DNA from: Roseibacillus sp.
GTDB lineage: Bacteria; Verrucomicrobiota; Verrucomicrobiia; Verrucomicrobiales; Akkermansiaceae
Reading direction: 5' to 3'
Assembly (NCBI GenBank): GCA_965242925.1
Contig: CBDEUM010000012.1
Coordinates: 64,001-128,000, forward strand
Length of the DNA stretch: 64,000 nt
In this document: positions 44,401 to 54,827 of the stretch, one piece after another
Layout: every line of letters starts with the position of its first letter
Numbering within the stretch: the stretch's first letter is position 1
Position numbers and translations under genes: made by a program
The notes under the pieces: model-generated
What the model was told of the DNA's origin: nothing
What the model saw: the letters and a program-made list of their open reading frames with translations, nothing else
Database searches by the model: none

Positions 44401-45709
44401 CGACGACGCGGCCGCGGTCTACCTCAGCGGAGCCGAGATCATCCGCACGCCCAATCTCTCGGCCAATGCCACCTCCAACCAGTACGCCACCAGCACCACC
44501 AGCAGCGAGGAGTCGTGGTTCGACTACACCATCCCGATCAGTTCGTTCCACCCCGGAACAAACAATATTGCTGTTGAGATCCACCAGGGCAGTGGCACCA
44601 GTTCGGACATGCGCATGGACATGATCCTCCGTGGAGAGACCACCGCTGGAGGAGGAGGCGGAGGAGACAACACCTCCAACCCCATACACTTCAATGACCC
44701 AGCCAAACTGCGGGCCCGGGCCTATAACAACGGCACGGGGGAGTGGAGCGCCCTCAACGAAGCCCTCTTCACCATCGACACGGAACCGGCAGCCCCCGGC
44801 AATCTCGTCATTGCCGAAATGCACTATCATCCCACCAACCCGGGCACCGCCGCCGAGTCTGCAGTGAGCGCGGACCGTGACGACTACGAGTTTCTCGAGT
44901 TCCTGAACATCGGATCAAGAAACATCGACCTCACCGGCGTCCGCTTCAACGAAGGTGTCAACTTCACCTTCCCCGATAATACCGTCCTTGCTCCCGGGGC
45001 CCGCCTTCTTCTCCTCCGCAATCACCTCGCCTACGAGGCGCGCTACGGTTCCCTTCCAGGCATCCAGTGGTTCGAATACACCGGTCGTCTCAGCAACGAC
45101 GGCGAAGCCATCGTCCTCTCGGGCGCCAATCTCGAACCCATCCTCGAATTTTTCTACAACGACCAGCTCCCCTGGTCCACTGCTGCCGACGGGACGGGAC
45201 CCAGCCTGGTTCTGGTCAATCCCTTTAACGATCCGGACCACGGCCAGGCTGCCAGCTGGACCGCCAGCCGGAACCCGGGCGGTTCTCCCGGAACAACGGA
45301 ACCCACCGGAGTGGACTACGCCACCTGGGCCGCCACCAGCAATGTTCAGGGAGGGCCCAGCGCTGACGATGACCACGACACCGTCAGCAACTTCATGGAG
45401 TTTCTCCATGGTTCACGCCCGGATGCAGCCGGCGAGGCCCCCGAACTGCAGATCAGCGTAGAGAGCCTTGAGATCAATGGTCTGGTCGACGACTATCTCA
45501 TCATCACCTACCAGAAGAATCTCAATGCGCTGGGCACTCTTACCATCGAACTCTCCAGCGACCTCGTCACCTGGACCTCCGATCCCAACCAAATCGAACC
45601 TCTCACGCAGGTCGACAATGGAAACGGCACCGCCACCGTAACGGTACGCCCGGAGAACCCGGTGAGCGCTCAGGGCAACATCTTCTTTGCCCGGTTGCGG
45701 GGAGAGTGA
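41420..45709 (+). CDS. Lamin-tail / FN3-associated / CotH kinase-like secreted protein
   Basis: Signal peptide, ITEFMANN..DWIEIFN (LTD), IRYTLDGSPP, VYLNGSYWGQYHLRER (CotH-like), second LTD IAEMHYHP, C-terminal SSDLVTWT...FARLR. Confidence 0.88.
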   Translation: MTLFSRSAPTLCLLAIGLLMASPASARLYITEFMANNRATIEDEDGDATDWIEIFNSGTESVNLEGYFLTDAADTLTMWSFPAVEIAENGFLLVFASEKDRRNPGSELHTNFRLSSDGDYLALVNPDGTSIVAEFGSEENPVPEQFEDSSYGLMQGGGLTPTVFIGPTQQARVIIPADDSLGGDWTVQEFDDSGWPAAQMGIGYDENSTYNQEFGTNGDLDDDFNGVNTSVYIRVPFEVSDPSTVTNLTLKMKYDDGFVAYLNDTLVADANAPGGLTWNSEATGNHSDGEAVTFLDWNITSFVNRLTVGTNVLAIHGLNDGLTSSDMLITAELRGTRITDPSLGGPGYLATPSPRTFNGDTFDGFVGDTAFNIDRGFFEEPFDLEITSSTERAEIRYTLDGSPPSPTSGLVYTGPISITETTVVRAMAHLAGLRPTNVDTQTYLFPEDVVNQPRMRTSVTRSATLGPQMVNSLKAVPTVSIVTDNPGPFQNEGGSNIRSESPTSVEMIFPDGRPGFQENAGLKHFGGYYTNFRKKSFRIGFRSQYGATKVNYPLFDGFEYKHYPPTDRFDIMDLRSGSHDMSSRGAYMSNRFTDDSMLDMGNLAPHGRFVHVYLNGSYWGQYHLRERWNADMASSYFGGPKADYDAVNLNDGFRNDEKVYDGNGVFWNEAKALASGSNPWANNNTNIDVANLIDFMLLWVSGNSESEVRLLGSKAQGQPFRFQMKDADGYLRSTNRSVSSSGPLDLMSRLRNGNTDFAMLVADRIHMHFFNDGALTPSQNIERLQKRVDEARPGFIAESARWGNRFREYQDWLNYQQNLVNNHFRGLTNTMIGRFRSQGMYPDIIAPVFSQHGGSVLPATPVTMSTDADTIYYTLDGSDPRLPGGVPNPTASLASFGGGNPADPPQTFITSGHVWKFLDDGSNQGTAWRQNGFDDSSWSQGPSELGYGDDGEGSGTTLSYGPSNSNKYATTYFRTDVDIPDPSRFLRFTLRLKYDDAAAVYLSGAEIIRTPNLSANATSNQYATSTTSSEESWFDYTIPISSFHPGTNNIAVEIHQGSGTSSDMRMDMILRGETTAGGGGGGDNTSNPIHFNDPAKLRARAYNNGTGEWSALNEALFTIDTEPAAPGNLVIAEMHYHPTNPGTAAESAVSADRDDYEFLEFLNIGSRNIDLTGVRFNEGVNFTFPDNTVLAPGARLLLLRNHLAYEARYGSLPGIQWFEYTGRLSNDGEAIVLSGANLEPILEFFYNDQLPWSTAADGTGPSLVLVNPFNDPDHGQAASWTASRNPGGSPGTTEPTGVDYATWAATSNVQGGPSADDDHDTVSNFMEFLHGSRPDAAGEAPELQISVESLEINGLVDDYLIITYQKNLNALGTLTIELSSDLVTWTSDPNQIEPLTQVDNGNGTATVTVRPENPVSAQGNIFFARLRGE

Positions 45710-45955
45710 TCCTGCAGATTCAAAAAGTCTTCGGGAGAAGGAGCTTGCCATTTTATGAGGCTGCCCTGACCCGGAGGGATCTCCCCCCTCCCGGCAGCCT
45801 GGTCCCGGAACCGGAATGACCTTGAGGAAGGGTTCACGATCCGGCTGGCCATACCGCCGTTATCAGGCAACGTCATGAAACAGGCCTGCGCTTTGCCATG
45901 ACAGGACTGCGTGATTGAAAGAGGCCCGGATTTCTGCGGTAACTTCGCGAAGCAC

Positions 45956-48166
45956 ATGATGATTCACCCTGCCGGCGCTATCCTTGCCCTCCTCATCGGC
46001 ACCCTCGCGATCACCCACGCCGACATCTACAAGATTCGCATGGACCCGCACTGGGCTCCCGATGGCTCCTGGATGTGGTATCGCAACGATCTGGCAAAGG
46101 GCGAACGCGAGTTCATCCTGGTCGACCTGAAAAAAGGGCTGCGCCAGCGAGCCTTCGATCACGACAAGTTGGCCGCCGCCCTCAAGGAAACCGGTGCGGG
46201 TGAACCCGGGGCCACTCAACTGCCACTTGAAGATCTGAGCTTTGATCTGCGGAACGGAACCACCTCATTCCGCATGCAGGGGAAATGGTACCGGTCCGAC
46301 CTCGGGAACTACCGGATTGAATCCATCGAGAAACCACAGGTTCCAGCCCCTGCGCCCAAGGAGGGGGAGAAAGAGGATCCACCTCAAGGCAAACCCTACC
46401 GTGCAAGCCGCGAAGTCTCTCCGGACGGCCGGTGGCGGGCCTACGTCAAGGACCACAACCTCTGGGTCCGCGCCAGGGAGGAGGAATCCGAAGAGATCCA
46501 ACTCTCCACCGACGGAGCAGCCGGGAACAGCTACCAGGCTCCTTTCTGGGCTCCCAACTCAAACAACCTGGCAGCCTTTCGCGTCCAACCGGGTAAAGTG
46601 GGCGAGGTTCACATGGTCGAATCCTCTCCCCGAAAAGGGGGCCGGGCCAACCTGCATACCCGCCGCTACGCTCTGCCCGGCGACAAGTTCCCCATTCACG
46701 AGCTCAACTGGTTTGACCTCGCCGGGCGCGAGCACCGGAAACCGGAAGTGGACCTCATCGACTTCCACGGCCCTCATCTTCGCTGGACCGAAGACGGCCG
46801 GCATTTCCGCTATGAGAAAATCGATCGTGGTCATCAGAGGTTTCGCATTATCGAAGTGGATCTCTTCACAGGCGAACACCGGAACATCATCGACGAGCAG
46901 ACCAAGACTTTCATCTGGACAGAACACGCATTGAGACTGGGAATGCCACGGATCAATTGGCTCCAGCGCACGAAGGAGATACTCTATCTTTCCGAGAAGG
47001 ACGGCCACCGGCACATCTACCTTGTCGACATCGCAACCGGCACGATGAAATCGGTCACCACGGGCGAATTTGTGGTGCGTTACGTGGACAAGGTGGACGA
47101 GGAAAAACGACAGATCTGGTTCCGCGCAAGCGGAAGGCACAAGGATCAGGACCCCTACCTCAAACACTTCTACCGCGTCAATTTCGACGGGACCGGTTTT
47201 ACGGCTCTCACTGAGAGCGATGGTGATCATGAAATCCGTTATTCGCCGGATCGGAAGTTCATCATCGATACCTATTCCCGGATCGATCGTGCTCCCGCCC
47301 ACGAGTTGCGCCGCGTTTCCGACGGCAAGCTCGTCTGCAAACTGGAGGAAACTGATATCAGCGAACTGGTGGCCACTGGATGGGAGCCACCTGAGGTCTT
47401 CTCCGCCAAGGGCCGCGACGGAACAACCGACATCTGGGGAATCGTGTGCAAGCCCGCCGATTTCGACCCCTCCGTGAAATATCCGATCCTTGAGGACATG
47501 TATGCCGGTCCTCACGACTCCTACGTTCCCAAGCGCTGGAACCCGGGTCGGCGCTACTCGGGATGGACCGATATGGGATTCGTCGTTATCAAGGTGGACG
47601 GGATGGGAACTGCCAATCGCTCCAAGGCCTTTCACGACATGTGCTGGAAGAATCTGAAGGATGCCGGATTCCCCGATCGCATTCTCTGGCACAAAGCCTA
47701 CGCAAAGGAGAATCCCTGGTACGATATCACGCGGGTGGGCATCTATGGCGGATCGGCTGGCGGACAGAGTTCCACCGGCGCCCTCCTCTTCCATCCGGAC
47801 TTTTACAAGGTGGCCGTCTCATCCTGTGGCTGTCACGACAACCGCATGGACAAGGCCTCCTGGAATGAGCAGTGGATGGGCTATCCTGTTGGACCTCACT
47901 ACGCGGAATCCTCCAACATCGATAACGCCAACCGCCTGGAAGGGCGACTCCTCCTTATTGTAGGAGAACTCGATCGCAACGTCCCTCCCGAGTCGACCTT
48001 GCGACTGGCCGACGCCCTCATCCGCGCCAACAAGGACTTTGATCTGATTGTCGTCCCCAACGGGGGCCACGGGGGCGGAGGACGTCATGGCGACCGGCGT
48101 CGGAAGGATTTCTTCCGCAAGCACCTCCTTGGAATAGAACCTCCCAATTACAATACCTCGAAGTAA
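45956..48166 (+). CDS. S9 family (dipeptidyl-peptidase IV-like) peptidase
   Basis: DPPIV_N propeller, nucleophile motif GGSAGG, D(RNV) and H(GG) of the catalytic triad. Signal peptide follows ATG 45956. Confidence 0.9.
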   Translation: MMIHPAGAILALLIGTLAITHADIYKIRMDPHWAPDGSWMWYRNDLAKGEREFILVDLKKGLRQRAFDHDKLAAALKETGAGEPGATQLPLEDLSFDLRNGTTSFRMQGKWYRSDLGNYRIESIEKPQVPAPAPKEGEKEDPPQGKPYRASREVSPDGRWRAYVKDHNLWVRAREEESEEIQLSTDGAAGNSYQAPFWAPNSNNLAAFRVQPGKVGEVHMVESSPRKGGRANLHTRRYALPGDKFPIHELNWFDLAGREHRKPEVDLIDFHGPHLRWTEDGRHFRYEKIDRGHQRFRIIEVDLFTGEHRNIIDEQTKTFIWTEHALRLGMPRINWLQRTKEILYLSEKDGHRHIYLVDIATGTMKSVTTGEFVVRYVDKVDEEKRQIWFRASGRHKDQDPYLKHFYRVNFDGTGFTALTESDGDHEIRYSPDRKFIIDTYSRIDRAPAHELRRVSDGKLVCKLEETDISELVATGWEPPEVFSAKGRDGTTDIWGIVCKPADFDPSVKYPILEDMYAGPHDSYVPKRWNPGRRYSGWTDMGFVVIKVDGMGTANRSKAFHDMCWKNLKDAGFPDRILWHKAYAKENPWYDITRVGIYGGSAGGQSSTGALLFHPDFYKVAVSSCGCHDNRMDKASWNEQWMGYPVGPHYAESSNIDNANRLEGRLLLIVGELDRNVPPESTLRLADALIRANKDFDLIVVPNGGHGGGGRHGDRRRKDFFRKHLLGIEPPNYNTSK

Positions 48167-48184
48167 GCTCCCCTTCTCCCGATC

Positions 48185-50017
48185 ATGAATGCACGTCCAT
48201 ACCTGCTCCCCTTGACTCTGCCCCTCTTAGGAGCCGCTCTTCTCCAGGCCCAGGTTTCCACCAACGGTCCACGCTACACCCCCCCGGAAGGCCACGAGAT
48301 CGCCACCGCTCACACCAACGATTTCCGCGATCTGCTGGACCGCTACCCCCGGGACCGGGAGACCTTCCAGCGCGAATTCCCATCCCGGTTGGAGGAGAAA
48401 CGAATCGCAGGACTGGAGAAATTCTTTGAGGCCTGGCACCGCGTCCTTCTTGAAATGGACTTCGATAAGATGAATCGATCGGGCCAGGTCGATTACATCC
48501 TCTTTCGCCATCGCCTGGAGCGGGACCAGGAACAGTTTGCCAGGGAGGCAGCTCATTTGCGGACCATTGCCACCCTCCTTCCCTTCGTGGAGGAGATCAC
48601 GGCCCTGGAATACCAAAGGCGATCCCAGGATAAGCACGACCCGCAGAAGCTCGCGCCGGAACTCGAGAAACTGGCAGGGTCCATCGACGAAAAACGTCGG
48701 GAGGTGGAAGAGATTGTGGCCGGGAGCCGCGAGCGACAGCGGGAAGAAGGCCGAGACGAGATGGCCGAGAAAAACTTCAAGACCGCCGAGGAGGCGTCCC
48801 GCGAACTGCAGCGGGTGGTCGAGAACTGGTTCAACTACTACCGTGGCTACGATCCCCTCCTCACCTGGTGGATCACCGCTCCAAGCAAGAAGCTGTCCAC
48901 CTCGCTCGGCGCTTACGCCGATGTCTTCAAGCCCGACCCCAAACACAAACCCAAGCCGATCCAGAAACCGAAGAAGAAAGGATTCAACGGTGAGAATCAT
49001 GCCTCCCCGGTCGGCGAGGAACAGCTTGCCACGTTGCTGCGGCAGGAAATGATCCCCTACCCCGCCGCCGAGTTGATTCGTCTTGGAAAACGGGAACTGG
49101 CCTGGTGCGTCGAGGAACAGAAGAAAGTGGCCGCGGAACTCGGATTCGGAAACGATGTTTCGGCTGCCCTGGAACAGGTGAAGAAAAAGCACGTTCCACC
49201 GGGAGAACAATCAGCCGTCATCCGCCGCCTGGCCCTGGAAGCCATTGCTTACCTCGAGAAACACTCCCTGGTCACCATCCCGCAACTGGCCAAGGACAGC
49301 TGGCGGGTGAACATGATGTCGCCGGGTCGTCAGCGCTTCAACCCCTTCTTCACAGGAGGGTCCACCATCAGCGTCTCCTATCCTCACCAGGACATGGAGC
49401 ATGCCGACAAGCTCATGAGCATGCGGGGAAACAATCCGCACTTCTCGGCAGCGACCGTGCATCACGAACTCATCCCCGGACACCACCTGCAGGACTTCAT
49501 GACCTCGCGCTACAACACTCACCGGAGAATGTACAACACTGTCTTCTGGACCGAGGGCTGGGCTCTCTACTGGGAAATGCTGCTCTGGGATCGCGGCTTC
49601 CCCAGGACTCCCGAGGACAGGATGGGTTTTCTCTTCTGGCGCATGCACCGCTGCGTCCGCATCATCTTCTCCCTCGGTTACCACCTCGGCGAGTTCACTC
49701 CCCAGGAATGCGTGGATCTCCTGGTCGACGTGGTCGGTCATGAACGATCCCATGCAGAGGGGGAGGTGCGCCGCTCTCTGGCCCCGGGCACCCCCGTGCT
49801 TTACCAGTGCGCCTACATGCTGGGAGGGATGCAGTTCCATGTTCTTCACCGGGAACTGGTTGCCTCCGGCAAGATGACTGCACGCGAGTTTCACGACCGC
49901 ATTCTGCGGGGCAATCGCATTCCGGTGGAAATGGTCCGGGCCGAAATTTCCGATGTTCCGCTCACCCGTGACTACACCACCCACTGGCGTTTCGCCGAGC
50001 AGTTCAGGCACAAGTGA
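48185..50017 (+). CDS. DUF885 family protein
   Basis: HHELIPGHHLQ, EGWALYWE, FHDRIL motifs; signal peptide. Confidence 0.88.
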   Translation: MNARPYLLPLTLPLLGAALLQAQVSTNGPRYTPPEGHEIATAHTNDFRDLLDRYPRDRETFQREFPSRLEEKRIAGLEKFFEAWHRVLLEMDFDKMNRSGQVDYILFRHRLERDQEQFAREAAHLRTIATLLPFVEEITALEYQRRSQDKHDPQKLAPELEKLAGSIDEKRREVEEIVAGSRERQREEGRDEMAEKNFKTAEEASRELQRVVENWFNYYRGYDPLLTWWITAPSKKLSTSLGAYADVFKPDPKHKPKPIQKPKKKGFNGENHASPVGEEQLATLLRQEMIPYPAAELIRLGKRELAWCVEEQKKVAAELGFGNDVSAALEQVKKKHVPPGEQSAVIRRLALEAIAYLEKHSLVTIPQLAKDSWRVNMMSPGRQRFNPFFTGGSTISVSYPHQDMEHADKLMSMRGNNPHFSAATVHHELIPGHHLQDFMTSRYNTHRRMYNTVFWTEGWALYWEMLLWDRGFPRTPEDRMGFLFWRMHRCVRIIFSLGYHLGEFTPQECVDLLVDVVGHERSHAEGEVRRSLAPGTPVLYQCAYMLGGMQFHVLHRELVASGKMTAREFHDRILRGNRIPVEMVRAEISDVPLTRDYTTHWRFAEQFRHK

Positions 50018-50128
50018 TCCTTACCACCGGAACTACAGCGAATTATTCGATCAGGGACTCCAGAACTGTCCCTTGCAGAGCGTCACTCTGCCTGTTCCAG
50101 CTCGCCGGGATCCAGCCCGGAAACCATC

Positions 50129-52180
50129 TCACCTGTCGGGCATGCGCCACCCCGGAATACCAACCCGATCGTAAGTGACCGTGGTGGTCACGTCTTCCAG
50201 CTGGGAGCAGGCCGGCAGGCCGGCGTAGACAACCTCACCCAGGTCGATTTCAACGGACCCGAGGTCTTTCCAGTTGAGTCCATCATGCGACATGTAGCCG
50301 GTGAAGATGTCATGCAGACGAACCAACCTCACCCAGTAGGGAGTGCTGAGCCTGTTCTTCTTGATGACGTGAGCCTCGCCAAGCGGGTGCGGTTTACCGA
50401 TGGAGGTATCGCCCCCCTTTTGGCTCCGCGAAACCAGGACTCCGCTCCAATGCGGCTGCAGTAAGACCGAGACGTGCGGGGAATCCGCATCGAGGGATTT
50501 CCGCATCATCACGCCGGGCTTTGTCCACTGGGAGCTCATCGGACGCCTGATGCGCGCCGTGATGGTGCCGTCACCGGAAATACGGACATGGAGATAGTGC
50601 AACTCGTCGGTCCTGCCGCCGATGTCGTGTCCCTCTCCCTCCAGAGTGAACACCTTGCCATCGTACCCGGCATGACCGGAAATGGAAATCCTGCCGATAT
50701 CCACAGTCCGCCAGGGACCCGGCAACCCCGCATTGGCGGCGATCTCGGCGGACGGTGCGCTCGAGCCGACTGTATTCCCGGCCGTGACGATGTAATAATA
50801 GAGCTCTCCCGTTTTCGCAGTCGTATCAAGGAAGTCGGAGGTCTCGAGATCGGCGGCAACCTTTTCGTACGGCCCCCCGGACTTGATCGCCCGAAACACC
50901 TCATAACTGGTCGCATCACTGCAACCGATCGGATCAACGGAACCCGCCCAGGAAAGCCGGGTCCCTCCCTTCTGACTTCTGGCAACGAAACCGGACGGCA
51001 CACCCGGGGGACCAGCCGCCACCGGTCTGCCGACCACTTCACGCCGGTGGGTAAGGGTTCCAAGCCCGATATGGTCATTATTGAAGCCCTCGGGTTCCTT
51101 CATGGCCACCACCCGGGCCGAATACGGCGCGGGGACCCCACGGCGGTTGGAGTAATGATTGAGAGCTCGCTCGAAAATCGGTCCGAAGCTGCCGCGGCTG
51201 ATGGGGGAGATCCCGGTATAGTCATGGTGTCTCCCACCTCGACCATACTTGCCGGTTCGATCGAGGTAGTGTCGGAAAGGAACCTCCTCGCCCAGTCCAT
51301 ACTTTGCGGTGTACTCGTAGCCCCTCAGGATTCGGTTGTCTCCCCAGCCGTAAAGGTCGACACCCTGGTTCCAGGCAACCTCCGCGGCACAACCCAGCAG
51401 GCCAAGCCCCAGCTGCACGTAGTGCTGGGCCCTGGTCGTCTCCTGGCACTGGCCACTCGGGTAGACAATCATATGCGGAATACTACCGTTTCCGGCCCCG
51501 GCAACCGCATACCGGATCGTCTCCTCGAACATCTGCCTCTCATTACAGTAAACCGCGATAGCCATGCGGGTCTGCAGAGCAGCAGTTTCCCAGTTTCCAT
51601 TAGCGAAGTATGCATAGTGCTCAATGGTCGGATCCCATACATCGAGAAACCACTGACCACAGCGTTTCGCCTCCGTCTCGGACCAACCCGAGTCGGTATG
51701 GCGCAGGAGTTCGGCCGCGTTGACAAACATGAACCCCTGCAGACCGGAAGCCAGCACTCCATCAATCCCGGAGACCTTCTTGAGTGAGCCTGTCCACGAG
51801 TTCAGGATGTGGATCGCCCTCTCCGCATGGGCCTTCTTCCCGGTAATGGCCCACATCAGTGCGTTTTGATAAACGGCGAGAGCATCGCTTTCCGTTTCAC
51901 CCTTGCGAATGTTGGGAGCCCGTCCCCACTCGGCAAAGGGACCCCGCATCCTGTAATCCGCCCTGGCGTACGGGCTGTCCTCCAGAATCTTGAAACCCTC
52001 ATATATGGGCCCCTTCTTCGCCGCTACCCCCGTTCGAATGCGTTCAAGGTCCGATCTGCTGTGAAGCAGGCCGGGATGGATGAACCGACCCTGAGCCAGA
52101 CTGCCCAGCACAGCGAATCCAAGGAATACCCCTGATGAAACGTGAAATTTTATCCACCTCGAAAGGGTAGCTCGTGACAT
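50129..52180 (-). CDS. Alginate lyase family-like protein with FN3 and C-terminal beta-sandwich domains
   Basis: FIHPGLLH, NGNWE, GQCQETTRAQHY, AWNQGVDLY. FN3 (YYYIVTAGN.VGSS) and a DUF1349-like tail. Confidence 0.8.
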   Translation of the reverse strand: MSRATLSRWIKFHVSSGVFLGFAVLGSLAQGRFIHPGLLHSRSDLERIRTGVAAKKGPIYEGFKILEDSPYARADYRMRGPFAEWGRAPNIRKGETESDALAVYQNALMWAITGKKAHAERAIHILNSWTGSLKKVSGIDGVLASGLQGFMFVNAAELLRHTDSGWSETEAKRCGQWFLDVWDPTIEHYAYFANGNWETAALQTRMAIAVYCNERQMFEETIRYAVAGAGNGSIPHMIVYPSGQCQETTRAQHYVQLGLGLLGCAAEVAWNQGVDLYGWGDNRILRGYEYTAKYGLGEEVPFRHYLDRTGKYGRGGRHHDYTGISPISRGSFGPIFERALNHYSNRRGVPAPYSARVVAMKEPEGFNNDHIGLGTLTHRREVVGRPVAAGPPGVPSGFVARSQKGGTRLSWAGSVDPIGCSDATSYEVFRAIKSGGPYEKVAADLETSDFLDTTAKTGELYYYIVTAGNTVGSSAPSAEIAANAGLPGPWRTVDIGRISISGHAGYDGKVFTLEGEGHDIGGRTDELHYLHVRISGDGTITARIRRPMSSQWTKPGVMMRKSLDADSPHVSVLLQPHWSGVLVSRSQKGGDTSIGKPHPLGEAHVIKKNRLSTPYWVRLVRLHDIFTGYMSHDGLNWKDLGSVEIDLGEVVYAGLPACSQLEDVTTTVTYDRVGIPGWRMPDR

Positions 52181-52456
52181 TTGAATCTCTGCTTTTATTG
52201 TTGGTGGGAACTATATGCTCCCACCCTGACTCAGGAAAGTTCAGAGAAAGAATCGCGCTCCCATGACGACGCCACTGAAATGGAGCCCATTATCCATGGG
52301 ATCATCTGGGCTCAAGCCTCTCCTGAAAAGGCCATGAAGAAAACTGTTCATCCAGAGCAACCACCGGCAAAGGACATCCCAAGATCTCGTTCCCGTGAAA
52401 TCTCCGCCCCGTTCCGACAGAAGCACGCCCGACTCTCCCCCCTGCTCCCATTCACC

Positions 52457-54727
52457 ATGCACACCCCGGGTTTTCGACTGGAACTGGTGCTCCTGACCTT
52501 GCTGCTTGCCAGTCCGGTCCGAACCGAGGCGGATCGCCTTCCCCCTGCCTCCCGCCTCACCCTTGAACGGATCCACGGTACCGAGGAATTCAAGGGAAAA
52601 CAATTTGAACTGCGCTGGCTGGAGGATGGCGAACGCTACACCTTCCTCAGGAAGATCACGGAGGGTGATCACGAGGGAAAGAGGGAGATCCGGCTCGCAA
52701 CGGCCGGAAAGAATGAGCAATCCCAACTTCTCGTCGCCGCCGGGGACCTGGTGCCCGAGGGTGCTGAACAACCGTTGACCATCGATGGATACTCCTTTTC
52801 TTCCGATCTTTCCCTGCTCCTGCTCTACACCAATTCGAAACGGGTCTGGCGCCGGAAATCCCGTGGTGATTACTGGATCTTCAACCGCACCAGCAAGAGC
52901 CTGCGCCAACTGGGCGGCGAGGACTCTGCTCCTTCCTCCCTCATGTTTGCCAAGCTCAGCCCGGACGGAAAGCACGTGGCCTATGTCCGTGGTCCTGACA
53001 TTCACCTGGAGTCGCTGCCCGATCACACGATCCGCACCCTCACCACCAGCAACTCCAATCAGATTTTCAACGGACGCTTCGACTGGGTCTATGAGGAAGA
53101 ACTGGGAGTCCGGGATGGCTTCCGCTGGAGCCCCGACAGCCACGCCATCGCCTACTGGCAGTTTGACGAGAGCGGTGTCCGCCGGCACACCATGCTGGAC
53201 CACGTCTCCGGCCGCTACCCCGGGGTGACCAGGTTCGCCTATCCCAAGGTGGGACAGAAGAACGCTGCCTGTCGCGGGGGCGTGGTTGAGATCGACAGTG
53301 GAAAGACCATCTGGCTCCAGATCCCCGGAGATCCCCGCGAACATTACCTTGCACGGATGGAATGGGCCGGACCGGACGACTCCACCGAGCTGATCCTCCA
53401 GCAATTGAACCGGGCTCAGGACACAAAACTCGTCATGCTCGCGCAACGGCGGGACGGATCAGTGAGAACCATCCTCAAGGAGCACGACCCTGCCTGGGTC
53501 GTCATGCACAACGACCTCCACTGGGACCCCAAGGGAGCGAGCTTCACCTGGACAAGCGAGCGGGACGACTGGGAGCAGCTCTACCGCGTCTCCCGGGACG
53601 GAAAGGAGATCACCAAGCTCACCCCCGACGCATTCGACGTCGATCTCCAGCAGGTCGACCGGGACGGACACTGGGCCTATTTTCTCGCCTCTCCGGACAA
53701 TCCAGCGCAACGCTTTCTCTATCGGGTCGGCCTCAACGGCCAGGGGTTGACGCGGTTGACTCCCGGGAAGGAGAAGCGCGGAACGCACTCTTATCGGATT
53801 TCACCCACTGGAGCCTTTGCAGTCTGGACCCGTTCCGATGCCGATACGCCATCGGTAACCCGCCTCATCAGCCTGCCTGATCACAAGGTGATCAAGGTCC
53901 TGGAGGACAACGCCGATCTCCACCGCAGGGTGGACGCTCTCAAACTCGCTCCCGTCGAGTTCTTCCAGGTCGAGATCGCGGAAGGCATTCGCCTTCCTGC
54001 CCGATGCATCAGGCCTTCCAACCTCGACCAAAAGCACAAGTACCCGCTCCTCATCTACGTCTACGGAGAACCGGCCGGACAGGTGGTGCGCGACAGCTGG
54101 GGGGGACTCTGGCATCACATGCTGGCTCAGCAGGGGTACGTCATCATGAGTTTCGACAACCGGGGCAGCCGATCTCCCCTCGGTCGCACCTGGCGTCGCG
54201 AGGCCTTCCGCAAGATCGGAATCCTTCCTCCCCGTGATCAGGCTGCCGCGGTGCGGAGTGTCCTCAGGAAACGCCCCTGGCTCGACCCCGAACGGGTGGG
54301 GTCCTGGGGATGGAGCGGGGGTGGCTCAATGAGCCTCAACGCCATCTTCAAATTCCCCGACCTCTACCAGACCGCTATCGCGGTAGCCTCCGTCCCGGAC
54401 CAGCGGCACTACGACACCATCTATCAGGAACGCTACATGGGCCTGCCCACTGAAAACAGGAAGGCATTCCAGGAGGGTTCCCCGATCAACTTCGCCCAGA
54501 ACCTCAAGGGGAACCTTCTCCTCATCCATGGAGCCGCCGACGACAACTGCCATTACCAGACCTACCTGAAACTGGTCGACAAGCTCATCGAGCACAACAA
54601 GCCCTTTTCCATGATGACCTATCCTCGTGGCACCCACTCCATCAACGAAGGCAAGAATGCACGTCGTCACGTTTACGAGACCATGACGCGTTTTCTGCAC
54701 GCAAAAATGCCCCCGGGACCACGCTGA
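52457..54727 (+). CDS. S9 family dipeptidyl-peptidase IV
   Basis: DWVYEEE, GWSGGG, HGAADDNCH, GTH. Signal peptide follows ATG 52457; the ORF-track TTG at 52181 is unlikely. Confidence 0.92.
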   Translation: MHTPGFRLELVLLTLLLASPVRTEADRLPPASRLTLERIHGTEEFKGKQFELRWLEDGERYTFLRKITEGDHEGKREIRLATAGKNEQSQLLVAAGDLVPEGAEQPLTIDGYSFSSDLSLLLLYTNSKRVWRRKSRGDYWIFNRTSKSLRQLGGEDSAPSSLMFAKLSPDGKHVAYVRGPDIHLESLPDHTIRTLTTSNSNQIFNGRFDWVYEEELGVRDGFRWSPDSHAIAYWQFDESGVRRHTMLDHVSGRYPGVTRFAYPKVGQKNAACRGGVVEIDSGKTIWLQIPGDPREHYLARMEWAGPDDSTELILQQLNRAQDTKLVMLAQRRDGSVRTILKEHDPAWVVMHNDLHWDPKGASFTWTSERDDWEQLYRVSRDGKEITKLTPDAFDVDLQQVDRDGHWAYFLASPDNPAQRFLYRVGLNGQGLTRLTPGKEKRGTHSYRISPTGAFAVWTRSDADTPSVTRLISLPDHKVIKVLEDNADLHRRVDALKLAPVEFFQVEIAEGIRLPARCIRPSNLDQKHKYPLLIYVYGEPAGQVVRDSWGGLWHHMLAQQGYVIMSFDNRGSRSPLGRTWRREAFRKIGILPPRDQAAAVRSVLRKRPWLDPERVGSWGWSGGGSMSLNAIFKFPDLYQTAIAVASVPDQRHYDTIYQERYMGLPTENRKAFQEGSPINFAQNLKGNLLLIHGAADDNCHYQTYLKLVDKLIEHNKPFSMMTYPRGTHSINEGKNARRHVYETMTRFLHAKMPPGPR

Positions 54728-54792
54728 ATCACAGCACCACTGCCATTCCATCCAGCCCTTCCTCAGGCCGGCGGATCGGATTGAGGGCTCGC

Positions 54793-54820
54793 TTGCAACA
54801 TTCCGCGTGGTATGTAAGGT
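54793..54820 (+). promoter_or_regulatory. Sigma70-like promoter with overlapping TetR-type operator
   Basis: TTGCAA (54793-98)-N16-TAAGGT (54815-20). Imperfect palindrome ACATTCCGCGTGGTATGT (54798-54815). ATG begins 8 nt after the -10 box. Confidence 0.6.
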
Positions 54821-54827
54821 TCCGGCC

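Noticed and set aside
52181..52456. N-terminal extension of the DPP-IV ORF and two intergenic hairpins
   Set aside because: The signal peptide starts at 52457. The hairpins are short and match no element I recognise.
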